Of a DNA stretch of 64,000 nucleotides, positions 42,409-56,339 are shown one piece after another. This DNA comes from Lytechinus pictus. Its lineage: Eukaryota. The position numbers and the translations under genes were made by a program. Below the pieces are notes generated by a model. It was not told the origin of the DNA, did no database searches, and saw only the letters and a list, made by a program, of their open reading frames with translations. The stretch is taken from NCBI RefSeq assembly GCF_037042905.1, contig NC_087245.1:27344001-27408000 (forward strand), written 5' to 3'. Each line of letters begins with the position of its first letter. Positions within the stretch are counted from its first letter, which is position 1.

Positions 42409-43918
42409 GATCATGTGAACATATTATTCATCGTTTGCACCTCTGACCCGGATAACATATTTTCAATATCTTACCTTTAACACTGCTGAAAATTTAAATA
42501 TACAACCAATAATTCTCAAATGACATTACCATACCGTGAAAACAATACACCAAAACGATTTTTTATATATAAACTATATGTTCAAAATATGTTTGTTTGT
42601 GATCTAGGATTTAGAATTTTAGTCATAAAAGAGGTGAGATTGGACCTAAAGTAGACACGTAGGATTAGATCCCAAGAGAGTGTTGGATATTCACTAACTA
42701 TCTTGTCCATAGTAAGTAGATACGTGCGTCAATCCTGGTCAGATGGGACTCCGGCATCTGAACAAGAAGATAGTTGGAAAATGTTGCCAGCAAAGGCCAC
42801 TCTACAATCCATTAAACGATTCGGTAATATATTATTTGAGAGACACCTAAGCCTACGCTACAGAGCAGCTCTGCTAATCTCTAGTGAGGAAAGATTGCCC
42901 ACTTATCCGATCCCATGAAAAGTGGGGGAGAATGGGCGATCGATAGCTCTGTAAATATCGCGATCTTGCAAACCGTTTCTTGCTGGAGATTCTTACTCGT
43001 ATTACATAATTATGAGTGGTAATAATACCAATTAACTTCATCTAATCAAGTATCACATTAACTGATATTTGATTAATTGATTCGTTCGTTAACTTACAAA
43101 TCTTTAAAATGTGCCATTTTGATGGCCCAGGTGTTCACACTTTGTTCCTCAAACAGTTTGATGCTCTTTGGGTGCCATGGGAAATCCGAATCTTCAGATG
43201 TTTGAAGTGGTATTGATCTTCTTTTAATCTGCTAAGCTACAATAAGAGTTTTAACAATTATGATTTCGCTTGCTTACGTCAATGTTACGAAGATGGTATA
43301 TTACAACTCATGCGTAATCTATAGCAAAATTACACACGTGTCGTAAATCATGCAGTCAGTTAGCATATCAAGTAGACCATATTTATCTCTGAAATCATAC
43401 TGGATGTGATGACCAGTTTATAATCAATGTTCAACGTTGACATAAACTTAACATCATTACTATCGAATATTAATTATAGATATAAGTCTTTTTGTGAGAA
43501 ATACCATAGCAGACTTTCCCTGCTTGAAGGATCACATTGTTACACAGTGTGTTCTCATAGTAGATTATGTGTGATTCAAAGTGTTCAGCTGCTCACATTT
43601 GTGAAGATAATTTCACACTTTGGGCACCTCCAATGATGGATGGGTGTTCACAGTGTGGACTATGAGAGATTTACAAAAATGAAATTTTAGCCTTCTTAAA
43701 GAGTCAGGATGATTTTACATTGTGTTCCAAACTGTGTACACACTTTGGACTCACACTGTCGGTGACATTGCATTCATTCCTGTGTCGTTTTGATTGCTAT
43801 TAAAGCATTTTCACAATCACTTCGCAGACGCCTTCTATTATGAAGAGAATCTATTGTCAAACGCCCATTACAAAGCAGTCTTTGTCGAAAATTTGTGAAT
43901 CAAAACTGCAGTGCCGTC

Positions 43919-44081
43919 CCGGGGAGTGTTTCATGAAGGACTTGTCAGACGTTTTATCCGACAAGTCCTGTTTTATCCGACATTTACCATAGTAACAGTG
44001 GCTCTCGGCCAATCAGAATCAAGGAAAGATGTCAGATCTGACAACTTGTCGGACAAAAATGTTGATGAAACGCTCCCCTGG
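43919..44081. mobile_element. Palindromic Harbinger-like MITE
   Basis: GGGGAGTGTTTCATGAA...TTGATGAAACGCTCCCC; internal TGTCGGA/TCCGACA motifs. Confidence 0.8.
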
Positions 44082-47000
44082 TCTCTGGACAAACGACATA
44101 TTTGCAATTTTTAGTCCAGTCCGAATCTGAAGACGATGTGCTGTCCCGGTCCACCAACTTTCGACAATGACCTCTAATCGGTCCATTGTGATGTCACGGG
44201 CGTTTTCAATAGATTCTCAACGTTGTAGAAAGTGTCTGCGAAGTGGCTGCGAAAACACGCTAATAAGTTAACGACTTGATAATCTGCACACAGCAAAAAC
44301 GGTGGTGTAAATCAGGGTGTGCATACAGGTACCCCACTCATTTTACTAAAGTGTTAAATTAACACTTTTAGTTCAACACCCATGGGTAGACAATACCTTT
44401 GGTTTTAACTTTTACACTCTGGTTTTATGTTTAAACTTTAGGGTGTGATGGCTCAATTTTAACACCTTAGAGTGTGGTCCTATAGGGACACTAAATGGTG
44501 TCGGTTTTTACACCCCATTAATTGTCTACAGTGCTCTTTTGCTGTTAAATGCCAAATTGTTTTATATCCATTTGTATTATACGCATACGTAGGTGAGAAA
44601 TCAACTGTTGTTAATGGATTGAACTTATAATTAACAGATGGACCAATGAAAAAGGAACCTTTCTAATTGATCGACTCTCATGGCAAAAAAAAAAGACTTC
44701 GTTTTCGTGATTGTTTGATCAATATTTCCATCCTGTAATAACACTTTCGACAAATGTTGCAGCGTGTCATTTAAATTGTTGAGGAAGGGGAGTAATCTAA
44801 TAGATTGATGAGTGGACATGATTCTAATTGCGATGAAGAATACCGATAGATTTTAATAATCAAGATAATCCAGTCAAATAATGCGGCATCACGCTGTAAA
44901 CTCGACGTAGGATGAAGTGAATTATTGCGATTCGCTTCCCCTTGTGACATCCTTTGGCTTCGTGTACTCTCTGCGGTTCGAAGAACATTGTACGCACCGC
45001 GGACATGCTCGATGAGTAAAAGATGTTAACATTTCGAAAGAAACAATATTAGATTAGAAAAGATGGAAAGGGGATAAAGGGACAAAACATTTCGCCCCAA
45101 CTTTATCTAGTCTGCCTCTCTTCTTTTAACATTTGAATCTTCGCTTTTTGCTGACTTGGCAACAAGAAAATAGCAAAGCGACTGTTTTGATTTCCCTAGA
45201 AAAAAAATCGCCTTTGCTATTATCACTTAACACTTATGCACTTCAAAGTCGGTTTTTTGTTGTCCTCTTTCTTATTATGTAATTACTTTTAACTTATGAA
45301 TACAGCTGTGTATCTTCGCTGCAATTTTGTAATGCCTAATTATAATTCCGTTTAAGCTTTTTTCTCTCCCTCTCTATCTCTCTCTGTCTCTCTCTCTGCT
45401 ATGATTTCCCTCTATCTTCTTCGCTCACTTTCCTTCTCCACTGTGTCCACTTTTGTTTCTATCCAACTAATTTTTTCTCTTATTGCTTGCATGGTCTCTT
45501 CCATCTATCTCTTAGTTTACTCTCAGCCGTTTCTCACTCTTTGTCTTTAATGGGTAAATTATTTGACATCTCCCTTCTATTTTGTACTGCAATATATGTT
45601 TGAATTGTTTATGTATATTTTCTTTCAATATATTCGCCCAATGTAAATGTCGTTTGTGTTTGTATATATACTTTATATCATTTGTATGTACAGCCAGTGG
45701 AGGCCAAATTTCTATGTATTTTATCATGGATCAACAATAAATGAATCTGAATCTGAATTAAGAAACTCATTATATGGTAGGAGTCAACCAGTGTTGCCTT
45801 GAAGAGCAGAGCGACTGTTTTGATTTCCCTGGAAAAAATCACCTTTGTTATTATCAAGAAACTCATTATATGGTAGGAGTCAAGAAGTGTTGCCTTGAAG
45901 ATTACTTTTTTAAGTATTTATATTATATGAATGAACGTTGACATGATGTTACCAAGTAAATATTTTTGTCCATATACGCCAACACTCGCATTATTTTAAA
46001 AGACGAAGATATCAAAGAGGACGGTGATGTCAATGACGTTTTGATTCACATGTAATAATTACTTAGCAGAAAATAATTCCGTTAAATTAGAACAGTTTGA
46101 CGTCACTGACGACATTACGATCCTACAATTACTATATTTATCGCGTTTACAATTTGAATTAAGCCAACAATGCTAACTTCGCTCTGGAACTGGATCTTAA
46201 GTGGCTCTTAAAATAACCCCCATACAACAGAACCCTTCTCTTCTGCGAAGACGTCTGAAATTAAAAATTAGAAATAATCAATTGCCCCGAACAGGTTGTT
46301 AATGCATATACTGTAGGAGTAGCACTTTTGTCGCTTTGTCAATAAAATCATTATCAGATTACGTCACATATGTTAAAAATCTTTTAATATTTTGATGTAC
46401 CGTTTTTATTAGTAATGTGGAGCATTAAGATTAAATGGTATTTTATTAACCTGTAACAATATTATTCTTTGACCTTCCCATTGTACAGAGTATTTTTACA
46501 CATTAGTAGTCTGACGTCAAAGATTGCATTACCATGATCACTGCAGTAAAATACTATACCACCTCAATAAACTCAAACAAATCGACATCAAATAATTCCC
46601 ATTTGAGATTTAATAAAGATATAACGCTCATAAAATATATCCGAAGGTCTAATAAATGTCAAACGACAACCATGTCAACGGCAATAATATAATGATGAGA
46701 TTAATATCAACGAGTACAAACAAATCACCGACTTATTATACTACGTTCCATGCAGCTCATTTGGGGGAAACAATGAGCACCCTATATGACTATTAAAGTT
46801 TATATCTTAAATTTTGGTAATTGAATATTCTATTTCAGTATTTTGGATTAGATAAAAATATGAATTTCATGTTTCCCTGATTGTGAATTGATAATATTGG
46901 TGATGTTTTATTGTTTATCGCGACATATTATGTACATATATTATATAGACAATCATCAAAACTCACAACAAAAATAGAACCTCCCTGGCTTGTTAATAAA

Positions 47001-48150
47001 GGAAAACATGAATTTGGGTGTAAATATTTAGTGCGTGGCAAAAGTAATGTATCTTTTAGAATTTTGTAAAGCCAGTTTATTTCCGTCTGAAAATCCATAT
47101 TAATCTTAATTATTGGGTGTACAGTATGGAAGTGCGGGGTGAGTTCACCTGCACTTTTAATCAGGCTTGGCTTTGATTAACTAATGAAAAAAAAAAACAA
47201 TCGTTCCATATAAGGTATTTTGATTGTTTTATCTTCAATGGGGTTTCAAAGGAGTTTCATCAAGCGAAAGTGATTTGATTATTTTTTTGTTATTAATGAA
47301 TATTTTCTCAAATCCAAATTTGGGATTTTTTTTACTCGGGAACGTAAGGTTGAAAAACTAAATTGACATTTACTTTTAAGAAGCTTTAATTCATATCTCT
47401 GGAAATTATTTTGAATTAATCAAATTTCCTCACACCAGCAATATTCTTTATCCATTCGGCTCCGTAAAGACTTTGTCAACTATAGTTGTTCTTTTCTATT
47501 GCAAACAATAATGTTTGAGGATATTCCTATTCTTATTAATGTCATTGTTGAAATTAAGATTAGAAATACATAATCATTGAAAGTGATATGTCAAGTACAT
47601 GTATATCGTCTTTATAAAGCTTGGCAACAATGAGTAAATTATTCTCAAACATGATGATAAAAAGAGAGAAAAAAACCCCTCACAGATGGACAGAGGAGGG
47701 AATGTGGAACAAAATTCGCTATCAATTGAAAATTCAATGGAAAATGACATTGTAACTGGAATTGATAGAGAGATTTGTTTTTGTTCACGTTTCAGTTAAA
47801 CAGCATATTTTACCTCTAAAAGGCTCTGACTTGGATGTATTCAATGAATACAGGGAAGCAACTGTTTTATCAAACATTGTTTCACCTTTTTGATAAATAA
47901 AATAATCTAGAGGAATTCCGAAATCTTGCAAAAGGATATGATGAAATATAAATGTATATCCAGTTAAGACCCCGAATCTAAACTGGTTTATCTTTAGTAC
48001 ATTTTATTGACGTGAGGAGAGGTAAATTCTACGTGAAGATGACACGTCATTCATACAGTTTAGGCATATAGTAAGCACTGCATTATTTCACATAAATCTA
48101 TTTAGGTCGATAGTTTCGAAAGTCCGTTTGAATTATTCAAAACGAAAGAC

Positions 48151-48256
<106 letters not shown>

Positions 48257-50470
48257 TTCCGCATCAACGGAAACCATTTGACATCTTTATTTGCGTTGAA
48301 GGAGTATATAGGCGGAGTCGATTGGAACAGACTTTACCTAATGCACACACCATTCTCGCGTCATTAGACCCTCGGGTCGTTCTTCAAACAAAAAGTCAAT
48401 ACATTTTCAAGGTATTTATCTTAGCGCCCCCATTAATGAGTGTCGGTTGGTTTTTATGGGTCCACTTACAGTGCCTATGGATATTAGTTAATCGCGGAGA
48501 AAATGCACGAGTGGAATAATATGTGGGTGGATTTAGCATATTTTGAACAACGTTAGGATAAGAGCATGGTACATACAAGATCTCACGCCTTGGTAATAAT
48601 TTATGATGGAGAAGAAGAAAATATTATAATTATTTCGTAATATCGTTCAATTAAAATGAGCTCATTTAACGAGTTCGAAATGAATTGAATAAAATCGTTA
48701 CCGGAGAATGTAATCATTAAAATAAAGTGAATGGTTTCAACATCCTGAACCGCATTTCATTTCTAACATGGATGACCAAATTATTGGTCAACAGTCAACA
48801 TGTACAGCCTCTAATCTGCTTCATTATAAAAGATTTAAAAAGAGCAAGTATATCCAGAAAGAAACTGTTGGATGTTTCAAGAACACAAAGGGTTGAATTT
48901 ACTAATTGATTTGCCATTATTTACATCGGAACAACTGATAAGAAATAATCTAAGCATGGTACCACAATTATGACATTTGAATCAAAGGTATTACGTTATT
49001 TTTCATCAAACTTCATGCCCAAATAGAAAAAGAATATACGGAAAGGAAGGAAGATAGAGAGAATGAGAAAGAGAGAGAGAGAGACACACACACCCACACA
49101 CACCCTCTCACACATAACAAGGTGAAAGGCAAAGGGGAGGGGGGGGCTGATAATTGACAGAAGGACTATATAGGGTGAGGATTGAGTATGGGACAACCCA
49201 TGGCTGTGGCGGATAAAAGGTGTTGTAGTTCTGGATATTTGTCGAAAGGTTCACTGAGACCATACGTTTCTGAAGAAATACAAATAATGACATATCCCAA
49301 TAAAGTACACTCATTAGTGGAGCCTTGTTTTAATTCATCCTCCGCACCGCAGCATTCAGCCCTCCGAAATCAAGTATCCCCTTGTTACATATAAGTAGAT
49401 AAACAGTATCAATATGGGCTAAATATTTTGCATTTTCTGAAATGCAATTAACAGCCATTCCGTAATCATCTTTCGCGATACATTTGCTATATCGCTTCAA
49501 ATAAGTGTCATAGTGTCATTTACCTTGTGGATAATGGCTCTTACCAGTGGTCATCCACTTAAAAATGCATGTGCAGAGAGATAGAGAGAGAGAGGGGGGA
49601 GATATAGGAGAGACAACAGAGAGAAAGAGAGGGGGAGAGATTTAATTGGGGAAACGAAAGGAGGGGGTTATTAATTTTTTCAAATAAAATCCCAAACTTT
49701 TTATGTGGATGGTCACAGATTTAATGTAACGGGGGGGGGGGGGGGGGCGTAACCCCACCTAATGTTAAAAAATAGTCAACACAACCACAAAATTGAATGA
49801 GTAATATTAATCGAGAATCGAGACAAAGTGTGAATCCGTGATTTCTCAGGTGGAGTGGCATTTAAAACAAAGAAGCTAGGAAGCATTTCCCGTTTTCGCG
49901 GAGAATATTTTGCCGTTCTCTTATTTTGACAATAAAAAGAAAACGAAAAATAAATGAATAAAGGTATGATACTATAATGCACAGTAAAAATGCTGTTTAA
50001 ACTTCCTACACAACGCTATTTGATATATGAATTACTTTTTAGCACTTTTAAGAATGTCTAAAATCTTAATCAACAAAGATGATTTTAATATTTTAATCTT
50101 CAATAAATTATACATATTTGTTAAAGGTGTTATGCAATTTCTGTAAATCCCATAAAGTAAACGGCGTTGTATTTTACTTAAAACCGTAAATAGTATTGAT
50201 ATGGTAATGATGGCGGCTCATCTACAGCCGGGGGTAATTATTATAGTGTCACGCATTTCAGTTAAGATTTTCGATATTCTCTTATCAGGTGCATATTTCC
50301 ATACTTATGCTTTAATTAGTGTTTATTATATTAAATTGCATTCTAATCATTTATGTAAAAAATATCTTGCTAAGATCAATTGTGAATGTCACGTTCAACT
50401 AGCCCAGTAACCTGCACACAGCCAAGCCCTCTTTACTGTAATCTAATGTGCTCAGGGTCGAACCCTTCTG

Positions 50471-50741
50471 GGCCCCGTCTCACAAAGATTTACGATTGAT
50501 CAAATCAATCGTAACTCTATGGAAATCCATCAGTGTCATAATTTTTCTCTATGAAAAATTTGCACAATGTACTTTGCATGCAAAGAGAAGCGCAGTGAAT
50601 TTTCAGGAAAACAATGAATGCATGAATATACATCATAGTTAGAAAATATTTTGAACAAACATGCATAATAGATGTTGAGGTTGCTGGCCGTCCATAGTTG
50701 TGATTGATCAGATCAATCGTAACTCTTTGTAAGACGGGGCC
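50471..50741. mobile_element. Harbinger-like MITE
   Basis: CTG|GGCCCCGTCTCACAAAGA...TCTTTGTAAGACGGGGCC|CTG, 3-bp TSD. Confidence 0.85.
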
Positions 50742-51999
50742 CTGGTCTGTCCACTGTGTATTCATTTTGACTTTAATTTGTCTTTCAGAAATCGCTAGCA
50801 GTGTATCTCCCTTCTTTGTGACCTTGCATCTACTTTCAGAAGTTTTACTCTCCTCACTTTCTCTTTCCAGTGACTTTCATCCCTCCTCATTTTCCCCTCA
50901 AAGTGACTTTCCGCCCTTTCACACTGTAAAAAAAACACCGTAATTTGAATGAGGATTCCAGTGAAAAAATCAAATTGAAAGGCTAACGACGAATTTTAGC
51001 ACGTGTGAAACCAAACTAGAATGGGATTAGAATCACTAACGTTAATCACAATCACGAATTCAAATTCTACTCCGGAGGTGAATTCCAGTTAATTTTCATT
51101 CAAGCCTCATTTCAATAACCATAACTTTGTTATTTCTTGACCATTTTCTGTAATTGAGGTATCAAATTAAAGAGCAGATATTGAACTTTTTAAAATTGTG
51201 GTCCTCTTTTTGAAACCCAGATACAGTCCGCCAAATGACTCTTTGGTATCCCCTCTTCAAATTATTTTCGCTCACTCATGCGTGAATGGGGAATAATCTA
51301 AGTAACATCAGATGAAAGAGGAGATGCTAAGCTTTACAATGGTAGGTCATTTGTATATTGTATTTGTGATTAAGTTATGATAAATCATCGATAAATCTCG
51401 GTTTCGTTTTTTGTGGGACGCACTTTACATTAACATTGAAAAGGCTTCTTCATTATATTATTAAATGAACACATTTTTTTTTAAACTGACTGCTCCAAAG
51501 GTACTATCTGTGTTTTATCCTTTAAATTCCTCACATTATCGCATTACATCTGCGTAACATGAATCACGAAATTATTTCATAATCAATTTGGCATATGAGA
51601 GGGAACATTCTTTAGAAGATAATTTGGCGCCGTCAACCATGTATGGGGAATATTTCATTTAATATGTACGTGACTGAGCATAAGACCGACATACTAATAC
51701 ATGATTACACTCTCATATACCAAAAAAATATCCAAAACCTTTCAGTGGATAAAAAGACCAGATGAGCTATGAGGATTTAGGTACCAACGGCCATCGAGGA
51801 GACAGGAGTTAAAGTTGAGCATGTCGGAAACCTCAACATCTAAAATGGTAAAATAGTCCAAGATAAATAGAACTATTCTGCATAATAAACAGATACTCGA
51901 GCACCAAAACACAGCAACGTCACCACAATTACTCTGCAAATTTTACTGAAGTACAGAATTGTAATCAGCAAAAATATTGGTAAAACTTAGTTAACTTAC

Positions 52000-52281
52000 C
52001 GTTAAAAAATCTGGCCTCCACTCTCCCAATGGTTAATGTTACGTCGTCGACGCTGAATCCGTTGGTACGAATCCGCGACGTTGAATGGGGTACCGTCGAT
52101 CTGTCTGCCTAAATCTCCTTTCCACTCTCGTTCTTCGTTTCAGATGGACCAGTCTTTTTCAGTCCTTCGATGGTTTTCTGTTCTCAATTCTCACAGAGAT
52201 GAAAATGGGATGCAAACTCCAATGATCAGCCAATTTATAGCTACGCTGTAGGAAGAAAAAAAATGCGCGCACGCTCATTGG
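52000..52281 (-). promoter_or_regulatory. Candidate promoter plus non-coding exon (CCAAT, TATA, strong donor)
   Basis: Minus strand: CCAAT 52281-52277, TATAAA 52239-52234, no open frame, donor AACG|GTAAGT at 51999. A good acceptor (ttttttcttcctacAG, 52246) means it could instead be an internal exon. Confidence 0.4.
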
Positions 52282-54232
52282 TCGATGCAACGAACAATGA
52301 AAATCTCATCACCGAGCATCCTTTAGCATTTGTTGAGGCAGGTTAAAAGATCATTTTTTCCCGGTAGCATTTAGTCTAATATTACCTTGTTACATTTCTT
52401 TTGTTTCTTCATTTTGACAAATATATGAAATTCACGTAGAAGCTGGAAATGGTCATGTATGTATACTATATTGGACAATGCAGTTTCTGTTATTGAAAAT
52501 GCACCCTATGTGTTTTTACGTGTCTTCTTTTGTAGTGAATTCGATCACAAATTTTGTAAAACTGATATCAATTTACGTATCCAGATTAACAAATAGAATT
52601 TATTGGCATGCATTTGATTTGGAACACCCTTTCCGCGTAAAATGACGGAATAAAGTAACGTGATTAATGTCACGTACCTTGCTATAACAGCAATGTGAAT
52701 CTTTACAAAATTTAAATGTCATGCTGACCTTATGGAAATCAGTTCAAGGTTTTGGAATTTGCCTTAAATTCGAATTTGTACTTCTAAATTTCCAACAGAA
52801 AATATAATAGAATTATTGCAAAGTTTACATTTGATAGCATTAGCGGGAACATATGAATCGTACGCATAAACCTATATTATTATTATTATTTTTCAACAAT
52901 GATTCTAAATACAAACGGTAAATAGAGATCTGTAAAATTATAAGTGGAAAGAGGGTATCTACTTATTGAAAAAAATATAGCTTCACGAAGAGAACTTTTA
53001 TTATAAGAGTGGAAATAAGGACGTTTCCATTTTCGGAAATAAGTATGGTCATAAATGTCATAGAGATTACAATAAAATCTTTACAATTCAAGGCGTAGGC
53101 CTACCTAAAGAAAAGGAGATGTATTTGTAGTTGTCATATTTGTAGTACAGGTCTCTTTTGGTGATAGATGGGTTGGTTTAGTCGTTGTTAATTGTTTGCC
53201 ATTTGCATTTTATTTATCTTTCTTTTAGGTAAAATTGCAATTCAGGATTTTATGTTCAAATTTCTAAGATGTAAAAAAAAACGTGACAGGTGTGGACGCA
53301 TTTCATTATTACAAGACACTCCTTAATAATACGGGGAAGGGATAATTTTCTTTCGGGTGAAAAGCGGCTACAGGAATATCTCTCATGGTTATTGTTTCAT
53401 TCGTATTTTCATTTAATTTGTGGCTTTAGAGATAGATCGAAGGGGGTGATGTTCTTTTGGTCTTTTGGTTTTAGCAAGAAATGTCCATCTTGACAAATTG
53501 TAAACGAAGTTGAACGATCACCATCATCACCGTGCGAAGTTTAGTGAATGAAACGCTGTAGTGATATTTTTATTTGCCTAAAGATTGTGATTCCAAGCGT
53601 TGCTCGAACCCTAACCCATTTTTACATGGCAAGCGATGACAAGTGCGTTGAGCTATTAAGAGAAGTTGTATTTTGTTTCGAAGAAATCCGTGATACACAG
53701 ATTGGTCGGAATTTCGTCGAAAGGACTGCAGGCCCACTGTGGATTCAACAATAAGTCGGTGACAGAGTAACCTATTTGGCTAAGGTTCTGATCAACTGGT
53801 TATATCACTTAAAAAAAAAAAAATTTAATATATATTTAAGATGAAGTTCTAAATCGTCTTTCCTTTTAGAATAGTATTTGCTTTTCATACGGTATTAGAT
53901 AACAGTGATATTCTTCAACCGAAACGCTGGTTTAAACTTTTAAGTCAACAATATAGGCTCAATTTCGTTCTCTTTACCTCTCTTTTTAAACATTATTTAA
54001 ATCATTTAAATTGAGAATCTTATCAACATCCCTTTCTTACACACCCAGCACCCACACCCTACAGTCACACACACATACAGAATCGAGCTCACTCACTCAT
54101 CTGTTACACACCATGTCTCGTCTCTCTCTTTTTTATCTTTTACACACCCGCACCCCACAAACACATATGTACACACACACACGCACACACCCACACAAAC
54201 TTACGCATGGTCTCTTTCTGTCTGTTTCTCAA

Positions 54233-54272
<40 letters not shown>

Positions 54273-56339
54273 GTCTCTCTATCTTGCTCTCTCCTTCTTG
54301 CATAGTCACAACTTTACCCAAATATTACACACACAAACACACCCACTTCCGGTTTCTACATCTTTTACAAACTACCCCCACCCCCCTCTCTCTCTCCCTA
54401 CGTGTGGGTGTACACGCGAGCATGTGTTTTCCATCGTATTTTCTATCCACTTTCTCTATGCATCTTTTATACCAATTCTCCACCATATCCACCGAAACAA
54501 AGCCATTTTGGCCAACTTCCTGCGATCATGATTCAGACTTGTTGTTTATAAACAATGCCGGGTCTGATCATGAGCTGATATGAGTATGGGTTACACATGT
54601 GTAAGCTGACCTGCATGCGATGATCAGATGAATTTGTGGATTAATTCTCACATCTATATATTCTCAAGAGAATTTGAACATAATTCGTTTAAGTTTACTC
54701 TTCGTGAAACATACGCACACGGATTTATTTTTTCAATCATCTATCATCACCTTTTTTTAAAAAGTATTCTTCTTTTCAGACATTGTTTTGATATTGAAAA
54801 TTGAAGATGAGCTTTAAGAAACTTTAAATTTAAATAGCATTTCCTTTTCCCGGCGCTAGAAGATAATTAATGAAATCAGATGTAACCTCTGATATAAAAT
54901 CATACTTGAAGGAAAACGTTAAAAGTCGTATCAACTCCGGCAGAAGGATCATTTCGATGAAAAGAAAAAAAAAATTAACATGACCCTGAAAAAATTCATC
55001 AAAAAGCGTTAAAAAAAATGTTAGGACGTTATCGAGTTTTTCTTAATTAAAAGAAAACAGTTTCATATATGCCGGATTAAATAAATGGATAGATGTAATT
55101 AGCATGGGGATAAGCGAGCACAAGAACAATAATGGACTTTCGGTGAGGCGATGTCTTGACTACTTTCACCTCGATCATTCTCTGTCTGGTGATTGAAAGC
55201 CTTTTATCGTTGATACAAGCAGACTTTCGCGTAAAAATATACAATGTGACGTGGTGGTAAACTGTGATATATTGGATATGTGTACAGAGATCAGGTTGAA
55301 AAGGTGAGCTAGATTTTCGATTGTTAACAATGACTCTCTAGCCCATTCACCCTACGATACTGTGAATCATTCCATAAATGAATATGAAATAAATATAAAT
55401 GTGATACAGATAATACAATTTTGGGGGTTACATTGGCAGTACCGAATTACTGGCATTTGTGCATACATGATAAACAAAAATATCTTTAAACTCTCATGAA
55501 ATTACATGAAGATGTAACAAAGAGGTAACACACTCGCTATTTATTTGAATGCTGAATTCAAAAGTGAATTTTCTTCTGGGGAGGCAGGCTTCGCGGGGAG
55601 GCAGGCTTCGCGAATTCTGCATTTTTTTTGTTTGGCACCGATAAGAAGAGGTGTGGCTTCTTTTTGGTACCCCCATCAATCACTCATGTACGGAAGCTAA
55701 AAAGTGCCACCTACAAGGCGACTTGTGTAACTCGCCAAGGCGCCTTGTTCTAGCCAAAAAGCCCGTAAGGCGGCTCGCCAAGGCGCCTTGTCTGAGACGA
55801 GAAGGCGAGATGGCGACTTGTACAAAGTCGCCAAGGCACCTTGTCTAAGACGAGAAGGCGTGAAGGCGACTTGTACAAACTTGCCAAGGCGCCTTGTTTA
55901 AGACGAAAAGGTGACTTGTACAAACTCGCCAAGGCGCCTTGTCTGAGACGTGAAGGCGTGATGGCGACTTGTACAAAGTCGCCAAGGCGCCTTGTCTAAG
56001 ACGAGAAGGCGTGAAGGCGACTTGTACAAACTTGCCAAGGCGCCTTGTTTAAGACGAAAAGGTTAGAAGGCGAGTTGTACAAACTCGCCAAGGCGCCTTG
56101 TATAAGACGAGAAGGCGACTAATACATACTCGCCAAGGTGCACGTGACACAATATAGGCTATTGAAGCGAGCTACCGCGTTCGACTGCACGCAAGGTACT
56201 CATAGTCCAGGATAGAAGAGGCATAACCTTATTTTTTATTTATACAATATTTTTTAATGGTTTCTCGTCGCGAGGGTGCTGATTACGAATCTGAATGATG
56301 CCACTCGTGTAACATTGAGCATTTTCCGGAAATTGGCAG

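Noticed and set aside
41818..42480. 220-aa Thr/Ala-rich ORF (mucin-like)
   Set aside because: Open only because of the CTA/CTG microsatellite; no other coding signal
54011..54583. 190-aa ORF
   Set aside because: Made of CA/CT/TA simple repeats
55700..56130. CRISPR-like regular repeats
   Set aside because: No unique spacers, mirrored at 58.6-58.9 kb as a TIR, eukaryotic context
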